Shown one piece after another: positions 9,597-19,100 of a stretch of DNA of 26,363 nucleotides (positions are counted from its first letter, which is position 1; each line of letters opens with the position of its first letter). The stretch comes from an uncultured Pseudomonadota bacterium (lineage in GTDB: Bacteria > BMS3Abin14), in assembly GCA_964454175.1 (NCBI GenBank), contig CAYVSA010000024.1, positions 1 through 26,363 on the forward strand, written 5' to 3'. A program made the translations under genes and the position numbers. The notes beneath the pieces are model-generated. The model did no database searches, was not told the origin of the DNA, and saw only the letters and a program-made list of their open reading frames with translations.

Positions 9597-10544
9597 TTAC
9601 ACCTGCTTATGAATATAGAACTGTGCGCCGCCAAGTTCCTTGGCCCTGTAAAGGGCTTCGTCCGCGGCAATTATCACTTCATCAGATGAAATAATGTCTT
9701 CTGGCTCAAAGGCTACCAGGCCGATACTGGCTTGGATCACGTGCTCCCTCCCATCGGCGGTAACTGGTTCGGCCAGCCGGTTCAGGATCTGTTCTGCCAC
9801 CTTGATGCTTCCCAGTCGGTCTGTCTGGGTGAGAAGCACCGAAAATTCATCTCCCCCGTACCGCGCAAGAAGGTCTGTTTCCCGTAATCCCTGCTGGATG
9901 CCTGTTGCCACGGCCTTGAGCACAAAATCACCGTGCCTGTGGCCGTAAGTGTCATTGACTTCCTTGAAGTTGTCGAGGTCGAGGAGGATCATCCCGAAAG
10001 GGGTCCTGTACCGGTGACTTCTCTTGATCTCCTCGGTCAGTTTGTCGATCATATACCTGTAATTTGGTATCCCCGTGAGTCCGTCCGTAACGGCCATTTC
10101 CTCCAGGAGTTTATTCTTGTCGACAAGCTCGTCCTGGAGGTGTTTTATCCTCAGCATTGCCTTGATCTTGGCAATAAGCAGGGTAGTGTTGAACGGTTTG
10201 GTTATATAGTCGTCGGCACCCGCATCAATGCCTCTCATTATGTCCTCAGGCTGATCTTTTACAGTGACTATGAAGATCAGGGTATCTCTGAGCCCGGGGT
10301 CGCTCTTTATCTGTCTGCATACTTCGAGACCGTCAATGCCCAGGCCCGGGGGGGCGTCCGGGTCAGGCAGCATGACGTCCAGAAGAACAAGATCAAAAGG
10401 GCCTTCATCACGTAATATCTCCATGGCTCTTTTGCCGGTGGATACCGAAGTGGAGTCGTACCCTTCCGACTGCACGATCTTGCAGAGGATCTCGTTGAGA
10501 CTCTTGTTATCCTCTACGATCAATATCCGTACTTTATCATCCAT
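9597..10544 (-). CDS. Response-regulator diguanylate cyclase (REC-GGDEF)
   Basis: REC domain (ILIVEDN, LLDVMLP, ADDYITKPF), coiled-coil linker, DGLTG, DLDNFKEVND, I-site RETD and intact RYGGDEF. Confidence 0.96.
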   Translation of the reverse strand: MDDKVRILIVEDNKSLNEILCKIVQSEGYDSTSVSTGKRAMEILRDEGPFDLVLLDVMLPDPDAPPGLGIDGLEVCRQIKSDPGLRDTLIFIVTVKDQPEDIMRGIDAGADDYITKPFNTTLLIAKIKAMLRIKHLQDELVDKNKLLEEMAVTDGLTGIPNYRYMIDKLTEEIKRSHRYRTPFGMILLDLDNFKEVNDTYGHRHGDFVLKAVATGIQQGLRETDLLARYGGDEFSVLLTQTDRLGSIKVAEQILNRLAEPVTADGREHVIQASIGLVAFEPEDIISSDEVIIAADEALYRAKELGGAQFYIHKQV

Positions 10545-10807
10545 AATATAATCCGGGAGTGATATCCTCTGATCCCTGCCTGAAACACTGGCTGATCAGA
10601 TCTGATGGCGCGGTAGTAACAACCTTCTGAACCGGGATCGCTGGGGTGAAACGACGGGTTTGCAAGTAGACCGTAGAAAACCCTGACCTGATACACGGTC
10701 TGGGAGAATTTTCATAACCTGCTGCTCTTCCCTTTCCCCACGCTAAAGTTTCTGGTAATTTAGTGAATATGACCAGAAAAATCAAGAAATTAAAGGAACA
10801 CGAGGGT

Positions 10808-12208
10808 ATGGAGCCCAGTACGGGGGACCTCTTCTTACCGAAGTATAATAGCAGCGCAGATGCGGGGTCGGGGCCGCTTCCGGAGAGGATGAGACCAGCA
10901 AACCTGGAGGAATTTCTCGGCCAGGAGGAGCTTATGGGAGAGGGGGCCATCCTCAGAAGGATGATCCAGGAGGACATGGTAAGCTCTGTCATATTCTGGG
11001 GCCCGCCCGGGTCTGGTAAAACGACCCTCGCGCGCCTCATAGCTGCCAGGACGGAATCAGTTTTCCTTGCCTACAGTGCTGTCACATCGGGAAGTAAAGA
11101 GATGAAGACCGTCATGTCCGAGGCCAGAAGGATCAGGCGAAGCACCGGACGAAAAACGATCCTTTTTATTGATGAAGTCCATCGTTTCAACAAGGCCCAG
11201 CAGGATGCCTTCCTCCCCTTTGTGGAAAGCGGAGATGTCATCCTGGTGGGGGCAACCACCGAAAATCCATCCTTTGAGGTTAATTCTGCGCTCCTCTCAC
11301 GGAGCAAGGTCTTTGTCTTTCATCCCCTGTCCAGGGAGAATTTAATAAGCCTCATCGAACGCGCCCTTCGAGATGACCCGGAGATATCATCCGTCGGCCT
11401 GGAGCTGACGTCTGAAGGGGTTGAAAAAATAGTCGCCTTTTCCGACGGGGATGCCCGCCGTGCCCTGACCGCGCTGGAGCTGTCGGCTGTCCTCGCTGAA
11501 CCGGATGAGTCAGGCAAAAGGAAGATCGACCCTGACCTGGTCGACCGGGCTCTTCAGCGCAAATCTGTTGCTTACGATATGGCCGGTGAAGAGCATTACA
11601 ATATCATAAGCGCGCTTCACAAGAGCATCAGGGGGAGTGATCCTGATGCTTCCCTGTACTGGCTGGCGAGGATGCTCGAAGCGGGTGAGGACAGAAAGTA
11701 CGTCCTCAGACGCCTCATCAGGGCGGCAGTTGAGGATATAGGGCTGGCCGAGCCGGGAGCCTTACACCATGCTGTTGCAGCCTTTCAGGCCTTCGACATA
11801 CTTGGGGTTCCCGAGGGAGATCTGATTCTGGCCCAACTCGTTGTATACCTTGCCGCCGCACCCAAGAGTAATTCAATTTACCGGGCCTACGGAAGGGCAG
11901 TCAGGGACGTGCAAAAGGAACCCGCCCGGCCGGTGCCGCTTCACATAAGGAATGCGCCCACTGGTTTAATGAAAGATCTTAACTACGGTAAGGGTTATGA
12001 ATACTCCCACGACATGCCAGGCGGTCTGTCGATCCACCCATTTTTTCCGGAGGGTATGGATGAGCGAAAATATTATTCACCTTCAGGAGAGGGAAGGGAG
12101 GCAGCCATCGCAAAGAGGCTTGCGGGCATAAGAACCGAGATCAGACGTCTTAGAAAAGACAAAAGCCGAAACAAGGCTGTACGGGGGGAAGATGAATCCG
12201 GGAATTAG
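10808..12208 (+). CDS. rarA: Replication-associated recombination protein A (MgsA/RarA AAA+ ATPase)
   Basis: [58 protein letters not shown] 10808 follows a GAGG SD; the ORF could start as early as 10763. Confidence 0.96.
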   Translation: MEPSTGDLFLPKYNSSADAGSGPLPERMRPANLEEFLGQEELMGEGAILRRMIQEDMVSSVIFWGPPGSGKTTLARLIAARTESVFLAYSAVTSGSKEMKTVMSEARRIRRSTGRKTILFIDEVHRFNKAQQDAFLPFVESGDVILVGATTENPSFEVNSALLSRSKVFVFHPLSRENLISLIERALRDDPEISSVGLELTSEGVEKIVAFSDGDARRALTALELSAVLAEPDESGKRKIDPDLVDRALQRKSVAYDMAGEEHYNIISALHKSIRGSDPDASLYWLARMLEAGEDRKYVLRRLIRAAVEDIGLAEPGALHHAVAAFQAFDILGVPEGDLILAQLVVYLAAAPKSNSIYRAYGRAVRDVQKEPARPVPLHIRNAPTGLMKDLNYGKGYEYSHDMPGGLSIHPFFPEGMDERKYYSPSGEGREAAIAKRLAGIRTEIRRLRKDKSRNKAVRGEDESGN

Positions 12209-13895
12209 GGTTCTTCCGGACGAACTCGTAAATTTAATAGCTGCGGGTGAGGTCATTGAGAGACCTGCGTCGATAGTCAAAGAACTCCTGGAGAATGCAC
12301 TGGACGCATCCAGCAGCAGGGTGAGGGTCCATCTGCTGGAAGGCGGGCGCCGGGAGGTCAAAGTCACTGACAACGGCATCGGTATGAGCCGGGACGATGC
12401 CCTTTTGTCCATCGAAAGGCACGCTACGAATAAAATAAGCGTCAAGGAGGACCTGGATAATCTTGTATGTTACGGGTTCAGGGGGGAGGCTCTTCCAAGC
12501 ATATCGTCTGTTGGACGTTTCACCCTGGAAACCTGGTCTGGTATCGATGAAGCCGGTACGGGCATAGTCATCGACAGCGGGCGTCTCGTTACAGTTCGCG
12601 ACAGCGCGGCTGTTCAGGGGACATCAGTCAGTGTCAAATCGATTTTCTCGAATGTGCCTGCCAGGCGGAAGTTTCTCAGGAAAGCTGATACCGAGTTGTC
12701 GTGGTGCATCAGGGTGGTAGAGGAGGCAGCCCTTGCCAGACCGGATGTTCATTTCGAGATCACTGGAAGTGGCGGAGCCACTGTTGTTCTGGCGCCAGTG
12801 ACCGGATTGAAGGAAAGAGTCTGGACAATGTGGGGTGAGGAAACCGCTGCAAGGCTGATGAGTATGGAGGCTGAATTGGATGGGGTCCGTGTTGAGGGAT
12901 TTATCAGCACACCTGATCTGACTTATTCCAGGAGAACCAGACACCATGTTCTTATTAACGACAGGCCCGTCAGGGATCCGGGGATAACACGGCTCTTAAC
13001 TCAGGCTTTGTCGACAAAGTATCCATCAGGCCGGTATCCAGCCGTGGTCTTGTCCATATCAATGCCGTCCGGGGAGGTCGACGTCAACGTCCATCCCTCT
13101 AAAAGGGAAGTCAGGCTGTTAAAACCCGGTAAAGTTTCGGCCGTTCTGCGAAAAGCCGCAAATGGACTGGGAAAAGCAGCGCCGGGTGGCCCCTATCCAT
13201 CTGGTCAGACAAGCGCAGAAGCCGGAGCAAAGGCCATGGAACCTGCTGCAGGCTGGCAGGACAGGCCTGTTGAGCTGCCTGTCGGAAAAGGCAGCACTGT
13301 GACCGCCGATAAACAGCTGTCTTTGAGATCCGGCATTAGAGTGATCGGCCAGGTCCTCGGTACTTTTATCGTTTGCGAAGTGGACGACAAACTCCTCCTG
13401 GTGGATCAACATGCTTCGCACGAGAGGATTCTATTCAATAGTCTCATGAGAGGCTATGCAGAGTCCGAAAGTCCGTCACAGGGTCTGGTTGTTCCCGTTT
13501 TGCTGCACATGGGCCCGTCCGAGATGAAAAATATAATGAATAAACTGCCGCTGATGCAGTCATTCGGGTTCCGTCTGGAGGAATTTGGCGACAGTTCTGT
13601 ACGGGTCACTGCTCTGCCGGCTGAGATGCCCCAGGATCTGTCAGTCGACGTCCTGCAGTCCCTCTCATCTGATCTTGAAGATGCTCCTCCTGTACCAGAG
13701 ATGATCGCGCTCCAGATAAGCAGATGGGCCTGCAAACAGAGCGTCAGGGCAGGTATGACCCTGTCTCTGCCGGAAATGGAGCAACTTGTCTCTGACCTTG
13801 AGGAAGCAGAATCCGGTTACTCCTGCCCTCATGGCAGACCGACACGAATATACATGACTGAAGCGGACCTGGAGAAGATGTTCAAACGGAGATGA
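12192..13895 (+). CDS. mutL: DNA mismatch repair protein MutL (endonuclease type)
   Basis: IAAGEVIERPASIVKELLENALDA, GFRGEALPSI, DVNVHPSKREV, and C-terminal DQHASHER, ACK, CPHGRP. Confidence 0.98.
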   Translation: MNPGIRVLPDELVNLIAAGEVIERPASIVKELLENALDASSSRVRVHLLEGGRREVKVTDNGIGMSRDDALLSIERHATNKISVKEDLDNLVCYGFRGEALPSISSVGRFTLETWSGIDEAGTGIVIDSGRLVTVRDSAAVQGTSVSVKSIFSNVPARRKFLRKADTELSWCIRVVEEAALARPDVHFEITGSGGATVVLAPVTGLKERVWTMWGEETAARLMSMEAELDGVRVEGFISTPDLTYSRRTRHHVLINDRPVRDPGITRLLTQALSTKYPSGRYPAVVLSISMPSGEVDVNVHPSKREVRLLKPGKVSAVLRKAANGLGKAAPGGPYPSGQTSAEAGAKAMEPAAGWQDRPVELPVGKGSTVTADKQLSLRSGIRVIGQVLGTFIVCEVDDKLLLVDQHASHERILFNSLMRGYAESESPSQGLVVPVLLHMGPSEMKNIMNKLPLMQSFGFRLEEFGDSSVRVTALPAEMPQDLSVDVLQSLSSDLEDAPPVPEMIALQISRWACKQSVRAGMTLSLPEMEQLVSDLEEAESGYSCPHGRPTRIYMTEADLEKMFKRR

Positions 13896-14842
13896 CGAAA
13901 AAACCGTTGGTCCTGGTCATAGGTGGTCCCACCGCGTCGGGCAAGTCTGCTCTGTCCATGAAGATCGCGGCAGTGATCCCATCGGAGATCGTGAACGCCG
14001 ATTCCATGCAGGTTTACAGGTACATGGATATCGGCACTGCCAAGCCGGGGGAAAAAGACAGATCCTTCGTGCCTCACCACATACTGGACATAAGGGACCC
14101 GGATGAGTCATTCAGCGTTGGCGAATACATCGAACTCGCCAGGTTGAACGTTGAGGCCATATCCTCCAGGGGCAGGTTGCCGATAATGGTGGGCGGCACC
14201 GGCCTTTACATCAGGAGTGCTATAGGCGGATTATTTTCAGGACCGTCCAGAGACCAGGAACTCAGATCCAGGCTGCTCATCCGCGAGGAGAAGGAGGAGG
14301 GAGCGCTGTACAAGCTCCTCGAGAGGGCGGATCCGGTATCAGCAGGGCGTATACACCCATCTGACACCGTAAGGATCGTCCGTGCTCTTGAGGTGAGGGA
14401 GTTGACTGGACGTACTATCAGCTCACTTCAGGAGGAGCACAGATTTTCAGACCGGCCCTTCAGGACCGAGATCGTGTGCCTGGACCCGCCAAGGGAGCAG
14501 CTATACAGCTCGATAGATGCACGAGTGGAGAAAATGATGGCAAAAGGTCTGCTGGATGAAGTGAGATCACTTGCCGCATCAGGATACGGCAGGGAGTTAA
14601 ACTCCATGAGAGGTTTAGGGTATAACGAGATGAGGTCGCACCTGGCCGGGGAATTGACCCTGGATGATGCTGTTGAAGCGATCAAGAAGAACACACGCCG
14701 CTACGCCAAAAGGCAGTTGACCTGGTTCAGGGGAGAGGAGGGTGTGCAGTGGGAGAAAATAGAAGATGGGCGGCAGCTGGATGTTCTGACGGCCGATATT
14801 GCGAGAAGGCTGAACGTATCGGGTGATAATGATCGCCTTTGA
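13892..14842 (+). CDS. miaA: tRNA dimethylallyltransferase
   Basis: GPTASGKS, NADSMQVYRYMDIGTAKP, VGGTGLYI, TRRYAKRQLTWF. ATGA overlap with mutL. Confidence 0.98.
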   Translation: MTKKPLVLVIGGPTASGKSALSMKIAAVIPSEIVNADSMQVYRYMDIGTAKPGEKDRSFVPHHILDIRDPDESFSVGEYIELARLNVEAISSRGRLPIMVGGTGLYIRSAIGGLFSGPSRDQELRSRLLIREEKEEGALYKLLERADPVSAGRIHPSDTVRIVRALEVRELTGRTISSLQEEHRFSDRPFRTEIVCLDPPREQLYSSIDARVEKMMAKGLLDEVRSLAASGYGRELNSMRGLGYNEMRSHLAGELTLDDAVEAIKKNTRRYAKRQLTWFRGEEGVQWEKIEDGRQLDVLTADIARRLNVSGDNDRL

Positions 14843-15142
14843 GCCAGTGTCCTGGCCAGGTGATCGGCTACACTATCTGATATGCGGAATAGTATTTACA
14901 GTAAGACATTAAGTATATTGCATAACAACTTGTAAATATAAAGAATAATACTAGTTTAAAACTGGCATAGCTTGCTTCGTCTATTTCAGGTAATGGGTTT
15001 TTTATGGCTTGCGAATAACTGATTGATGGCATATCGTCTGACTTCGTACTGTCTGGTACCAGAAGAATGTTAAATTTCTTAAAAGCTCACCGAGCGTGGA
15101 TCCCGTGATCGGGGCACAGGTTGATATGACCCGGAGGTACCT

Positions 15143-16831
15143 TTGAGAGGTTTGTACAAAGCTGTTTTTTTTATTTCTGTTTTAGCAGTACTTGCGGCAT
15201 GGATGCCGAAACCGGCTGATGCAGCGCCCGGGACATACTATGTCTCGGAATTTTCACCCATCGAAGATGGAAATGTCGTTCGTGCCCAGGCTGCGGCCTT
15301 AAAGCTTGCGAAGGAAACCGCAGTTAAAAAGGCCCTGTCGGACCTGTTCCCTGAATATACATACATGGCTTTTCGCACCTATCTCACAGAGAGCATTGTT
15401 CCAGGTGCTGACATATTCGTCACTAACTATAAGATAGATAATCAGGACATAAGCGATCTGGCATATTCGATCAACCTTACCGTGAAAGTGGATATGGAGC
15501 TTTTGAGGAAACGGCTCAACGAAGCCGGGCTGATCAAAGTACCGGGCAGCCCGCCTCTTGCTTCGATTTTTTTGACTCTGGACGTACCTCTGGAACTTGA
15601 TCAGGCCCAATATCTTGGGCGACTTGCCGATGTGGCTTTCAGCACAAAACTGGGCAGGGCTGGTTTGACCGTGATCCCTGTTCCTGTTGAAGAGGTCGAG
15701 ACGGAGGCAACCGACATTGAAGCTGGGATCCCGGAGATCGATCCTCTGCCTGCATTCAGGATAATTAGACCCCCGCAGGTGCCGGAAGCGCTTCTGGATG
15801 AAGGGTTAACGGCTATGACCGACCTGGCAGTGGGAGTCGCTTTCGTACAGGTTGGGGATTTTGAGGAGGATCAGGACGGAAAGAAAGTGCCTGTCAAGCT
15901 GAACACGCTTGTTATAGACACCGGCACCGGTCAGCCTGCTGTAGCTGACAGCAGAGAACTGACACTGGTAGTTGGTAACGATCAACAAAAGGTTTCTGGA
16001 AAAGGCCTTTTCAATGCCATTGAGGAGCTTTCAAAAAATATTGCCGCTCACCTGAAAAGCCAGTATGTGGAAAGGGAGACGGTATTTAACTCCTATGAAA
16101 TAACCGTTAGCGGGACCCTCACATCCTTTGTGATCAGAGAGCTCAATTACAGGCTCAAAACGAAGCTGGGTGAGAAGGCTTCCCTGCTTCCTGTTGCCTA
16201 CACAGGGGAGCGGGTGGATCTTGTATTGTATACTGCAAGAAGTCCGCGGGAAGTTGTGGACATCCTTAACGAACTGGAGCTTACGGGTTTCGGTTTGAAA
16301 GCTTCCATGCAGGAGGATACCATCACCGTTTTGGTGAATGAGGACCCGGAGGCGGTCAGGGGGGTCGTGGAGTATGGTCTGGATGTACCTTATTACAAAA
16401 GGATACCGGTTCCAGGCCTCGAGAATCCCGAGGATCTGAAAAAGACCGAGCTTGTTCCCTGGGCTGAACAGGAGGAAAACGGGACTATCTACACGGCAAA
16501 TATTGCTCCGCTGGGAATGGCTGTGATCGGTAAGATGAATTACCCTCAGGACCACGATTTCTATCACTTTCTCCTTCAGGAAAACACCAGGAGAGTGTCC
16601 TTCAGGGTAGAATTGACGGGCCCGGACGAGCAGCAGTCCAGGGTGCGGGTTTTTACACCCTCCGGGAGGCTTATTTCAGACACCAGGGCGTCAAGAAGAG
16701 GGCGAAATCTCTACCATACGTTCAAGGTTGAGAAAGATACCAAGGCCGTGATCCTGTCTGTTGAGGATTACCTGGGGCGGCACAAATCGCTATTTTCCTA
16801 CGTGCTCAATGTAGATGCCGGGGTTAAGTAA
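15143..16831 (+). CDS. Secreted hypothetical protein (DUF2066/FlgT-N-like N-terminus, PPC-like C-terminal beta-sandwich)
   Basis: GGAGG SD before TTG, signal peptide ending ADA. A..AALKLAKETAVKKAL...VTNYKI...LTVKVD pattern, and C-terminal EQEENG..TAN...G.M.YPQDHDFYHF resembling PPC-associated motifs. Domain names are by resemblance only. Confidence 0.8.
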   Translation: MRGLYKAVFFISVLAVLAAWMPKPADAAPGTYYVSEFSPIEDGNVVRAQAAALKLAKETAVKKALSDLFPEYTYMAFRTYLTESIVPGADIFVTNYKIDNQDISDLAYSINLTVKVDMELLRKRLNEAGLIKVPGSPPLASIFLTLDVPLELDQAQYLGRLADVAFSTKLGRAGLTVIPVPVEEVETEATDIEAGIPEIDPLPAFRIIRPPQVPEALLDEGLTAMTDLAVGVAFVQVGDFEEDQDGKKVPVKLNTLVIDTGTGQPAVADSRELTLVVGNDQQKVSGKGLFNAIEELSKNIAAHLKSQYVERETVFNSYEITVSGTLTSFVIRELNYRLKTKLGEKASLLPVAYTGERVDLVLYTARSPREVVDILNELELTGFGLKASMQEDTITVLVNEDPEAVRGVVEYGLDVPYYKRIPVPGLENPEDLKKTELVPWAEQEENGTIYTANIAPLGMAVIGKMNYPQDHDFYHFLLQENTRRVSFRVELTGPDEQQSRVRVFTPSGRLISDTRASRRGRNLYHTFKVEKDTKAVILSVEDYLGRHKSLFSYVLNVDAGVK

Positions 16832-16892
16832 GAAATTGGAAATTGGAACATTAGAAATTAGACATAGTTAGTTGGTATATTTTCTAATTTCC
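16832..16892 (+). repeat. Degenerate heptamer array with a short inverted copy
   Basis: GAAATTG-GAAATTG-GAACATTA-GAAATTA-GACATAG (16832-16867) right after the stop codon. TTTCTAATTTCC (16881-16892) is the reverse complement of GGAAATTAGAAA. Confidence 0.7.
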
Positions 16893-16934
16893 CGGCCGAA
16901 TATTTTTATTTGTTATGATATGAGGCCTGAACAG

Positions 16935-17480
16935 ATGAACCTGCCAAATGCATTAACAGTTATCAGGATTCTATTGGTACCACTGTTCCTGTACAAGGTA
17001 CTGCAGGGTGACTTCAGTTTTGCGTGTGTTGTTTTTCTCGTTGCGGCAATTACGGACGGACTTGACGGTTTTATAGCCAGATTCTGGGATCTGCAGACAA
17101 AATTGGGTACTTTCCTGGATCCAATGGCGGATAAGCTGCTGGTTACAACTGCCTACCTCAGTCTTGCATTCGCACAGGCAGTGCCGTTGTGGCTTTCAAT
17201 AGCAGTAATAAGCAGGGATGTCATTATTGTTGCGGGCTCTATAACCGTATACCACTTAACAGGCAGTATCGATATCAAGCCGCTGTTAACCAGCAAAGTA
17301 ACCACTTTTTTCCAGTTCCTCACTATAGTATTCGCGCTGCTTATTGGTGCCGGGGGGGCCAGTGCCTCAAGCTTTTTCACTAGTGCATTTAAACCACTTG
17401 CATTTTTTACAGGGATGATGACGATAATTTCCGGATCAGTATATATCTTTGCCGGTTTCCGTCTGTTGGATGAGAAGTGA
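16935..17480 (+). CDS. CDP-alcohol phosphatidyltransferase (PgsA/cardiolipin synthase-like)
   Basis: MNLPNALTVIRI and the signature DGLDGFIAR...GTFLDPMADK, multiple TM helices. GAGG SD before ATG 16935. Confidence 0.93.
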   Translation: MNLPNALTVIRILLVPLFLYKVLQGDFSFACVVFLVAAITDGLDGFIARFWDLQTKLGTFLDPMADKLLVTTAYLSLAFAQAVPLWLSIAVISRDVIIVAGSITVYHLTGSIDIKPLLTSKVTTFFQFLTIVFALLIGAGGASASSFFTSAFKPLAFFTGMMTIISGSVYIFAGFRLLDEK

Positions 17481-17556
17481 GCGGATCGCGCCAACGGACA
17501 GGCAGCTCCAGGAGGGCTGGTGTGCAACCTTTTGTGTCTATAGTGTCGGGGCGGTC

Positions 17557-18834
17557 TTGAAACGATCTCTGGCCGCTTTGGCATTAATATTCCTGATACC
17601 CTCCATTGCTTTAAGCTCGGACGGCGTCTGGACTCTCACAGAGGGTGCAGGTATAGCATTTCGAGAGAACAGGAGCATTAACGATACCCAGACGCTGGGT
17701 GTTGTCATCATTACGCCATCGTACAGATCCGATCGCTGGAAGTTCTCACTTGACATCAACCTGAGATGGAACCTCGAAGGCCAGGGTTTCATGAGTGAAG
17801 AGTGGAAGCGAAAGGGTGATCCTTTGAGAGCTTTGAGTGAACTGGTTTATCGCGCAGACTCAGGTTCCTGGAAGGCAGGTATCGAGGTCCTGCGTGGTAT
17901 TACCCTGGGCAGCGGCCAACTGGTCCGAGGCATCAGAGGTGACGCAGAGTATGATTATGCGGTACCGGGCTTTACTATCATGGGTAATTCAGGCAAAGCG
18001 GACATGGAGTTGGTGCTCGACAGAGTTGTGGATCCGGGGCTGGCAGCCCTGGCAGTTAAATACAAACCCAATTCGAATACTGTGTTTTTCCTGGAAGGGG
18101 CTGTGGATCAGGATGCACCGGTCACTTTTACCGGGGTCTTTCAGAGCGGCAGGCCCAGGGCCGACATCAGCGAAAGCATTGCCGGATATCTTGGCCAGGG
18201 AAGGATCCGCTTACTTGACAGGAAAGTTCTCGATCTCTGGTTCAGCCTGACTTCGGGGGTTCTTGGGAGTAGTTCGGACGGTTTGGGCGGCAGCGCCCTC
18301 CTCGAGTTTGATTTTTCACAGTTCTACCTGCACCAGTTGAAAATAGAGCTGGGCAGTATGCAGTGCCAGAACGGTTATATTCCGGCTTACTTCGATGAGC
18401 TTTATCTCCTTGAGCGGTGGGGTCTTAACGGCAGCACCATGAGGACCCTGGTCCCTCTGGGCTCCGGTGTTCCTGACAGGAGGATGGATTCCATCAGCAT
18501 CCGCTATAACGTGGGCGAGCACTTTCAAATGAAGACTGGATATGACCGCTTCGATGACGAAACCATGAGGCGCGCGGGGATGTCGATAAGCCTGATGGAG
18601 GAAGGCCGGAGGGGACTTCAGGCTGACATATGGTCCAGGGCCGACAGCAGGGACCAGGAGTTATTTGACAGTGAACTCAATCTCTTTACCAGGATCGGCG
18701 CTCTTTACGACTTTTTCCCTCACACTCTTGTCAAGATCTCTTTGCAGCATTCCTGGGCCCTGGACGAGACCGCAGGCGGTGTGATACCTGTAACTGATGT
18801 CCTTTTTGGAGCGGTTTATTCCATATCATTGTAA
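17557..18834 (+). CDS. Hypothetical protein, probable outer-membrane beta-barrel
   Basis: TTG start giving signal peptide MKRSLAALALIFLIPSIALS. Alternating amphipathic strands (WKFSLDINLRW, DSISIRYNV, TLVKISLQHSW) and C-terminal GAVYSISL. Confidence 0.7.
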   Translation: MKRSLAALALIFLIPSIALSSDGVWTLTEGAGIAFRENRSINDTQTLGVVIITPSYRSDRWKFSLDINLRWNLEGQGFMSEEWKRKGDPLRALSELVYRADSGSWKAGIEVLRGITLGSGQLVRGIRGDAEYDYAVPGFTIMGNSGKADMELVLDRVVDPGLAALAVKYKPNSNTVFFLEGAVDQDAPVTFTGVFQSGRPRADISESIAGYLGQGRIRLLDRKVLDLWFSLTSGVLGSSSDGLGGSALLEFDFSQFYLHQLKIELGSMQCQNGYIPAYFDELYLLERWGLNGSTMRTLVPLGSGVPDRRMDSISIRYNVGEHFQMKTGYDRFDDETMRRAGMSISLMEEGRRGLQADIWSRADSRDQELFDSELNLFTRIGALYDFFPHTLVKISLQHSWALDETAGGVIPVTDVLFGAVYSISL

Positions 18835-18847
18835 ATGGTTAAGTTCA

Positions 18848-18916
18848 GTTTCAAGTTTCAGGTTGTGTAAAATGTGATCTTATGGATCTGAATTTCAATT
18901 TTCAATTTTCAATTTC
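18848..18916 (+). repeat. Heptamer tandem repeats, T-rich variant
   Basis: GTTTCAA-GTTTCAG-GTT (18848-18864) and ATTTCAA-TTTTCAA-TTTTCAA-TTTC (18892-18916). Confidence 0.65.
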
Positions 18917-18919
18917 TAT

Positions 18920-18948
18920 TTGACAAAGGATAGACATGTTGTTACTAA
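18920..18948 (+). promoter_or_regulatory. Probable sigma70 promoter of tRNA-Val
   Basis: Perfect TTGACA (18920-18925), 17-nt spacer, TGt-TACTAA (18943-18948), 14 nt before the tRNA, with an AT-rich upstream tract. Confidence 0.6.
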
Positions 18949-18962
18949 AACCGGCATCCTGT

Positions 18963-19037
18963 AGGCACGTAGCTCAGTGGGAGAGCACTGCCTTGACGCG
19001 GCAGGGGTCGGCGGTTCGAAACCGCCCGTGCCTACCA
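18963..19037 (+). tRNA. tRNA-Val (GAC)
   Basis: Acceptor stem AGGCACG/CGTGCCT, D arm GCTC-AGTGGGA-GAGC, anticodon arm CTGCC-TTGACGC-GGCAG, T arm GGCGG-TTCGAAA-CCGCC, encoded ACCA end. Confidence 0.98.
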
Positions 19038-19049
19038 CCTGCAAGATAC

Positions 19050-19087
19050 AGGGCATCTTGAAAGCCTTCATAGATGCCCTTTGTTTT
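19050..19087 (+). terminator. Intrinsic terminator-like hairpin after tRNA-Val
   Basis: AGGGCATCT/AGATGCCCT 9-bp perfect inverted repeat with inner TGAA/TTCA, followed by TTGTTTT. Confidence 0.65.
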
Positions 19088-19100
19088 CGGCCTGTGGTCG

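Noticed and set aside
10341-10367. REC-domain 24-nt insertion as a decayed micro-element copy
   Set aside because: Begins TG|CCTG on the minus strand but lacks the GAG and CGAAG cores. Identity is too low.
10545-10762. c-di-GMP riboswitch, 6S RNA or a 39-aa minus-strand ORF between the cyclase and rarA
   Set aside because: GEMM and 6S hallmarks could not be matched, and the small ORF has no recognisable features. Most simply a divergent promoter region.
11790-11812. CCTTCGACATACTTGGGG resembling the reverse micro-element inside rarA
   Set aside because: Partial match only. It encodes a normally aligned part of RarA ([10 protein letters not shown]) with no insertion.
14962-14977. Sigma54-like CTGGCATAGCTTGCTT
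   Set aside because: GG to GC spacing is 8 nt, not the strictly required 10. A second candidate near 15027 has GA instead of GC at -12.
18870-18891. CRP-like AAATGTGATCT
   Set aside because: Only the left half-site matches; there is no TCACA right half.
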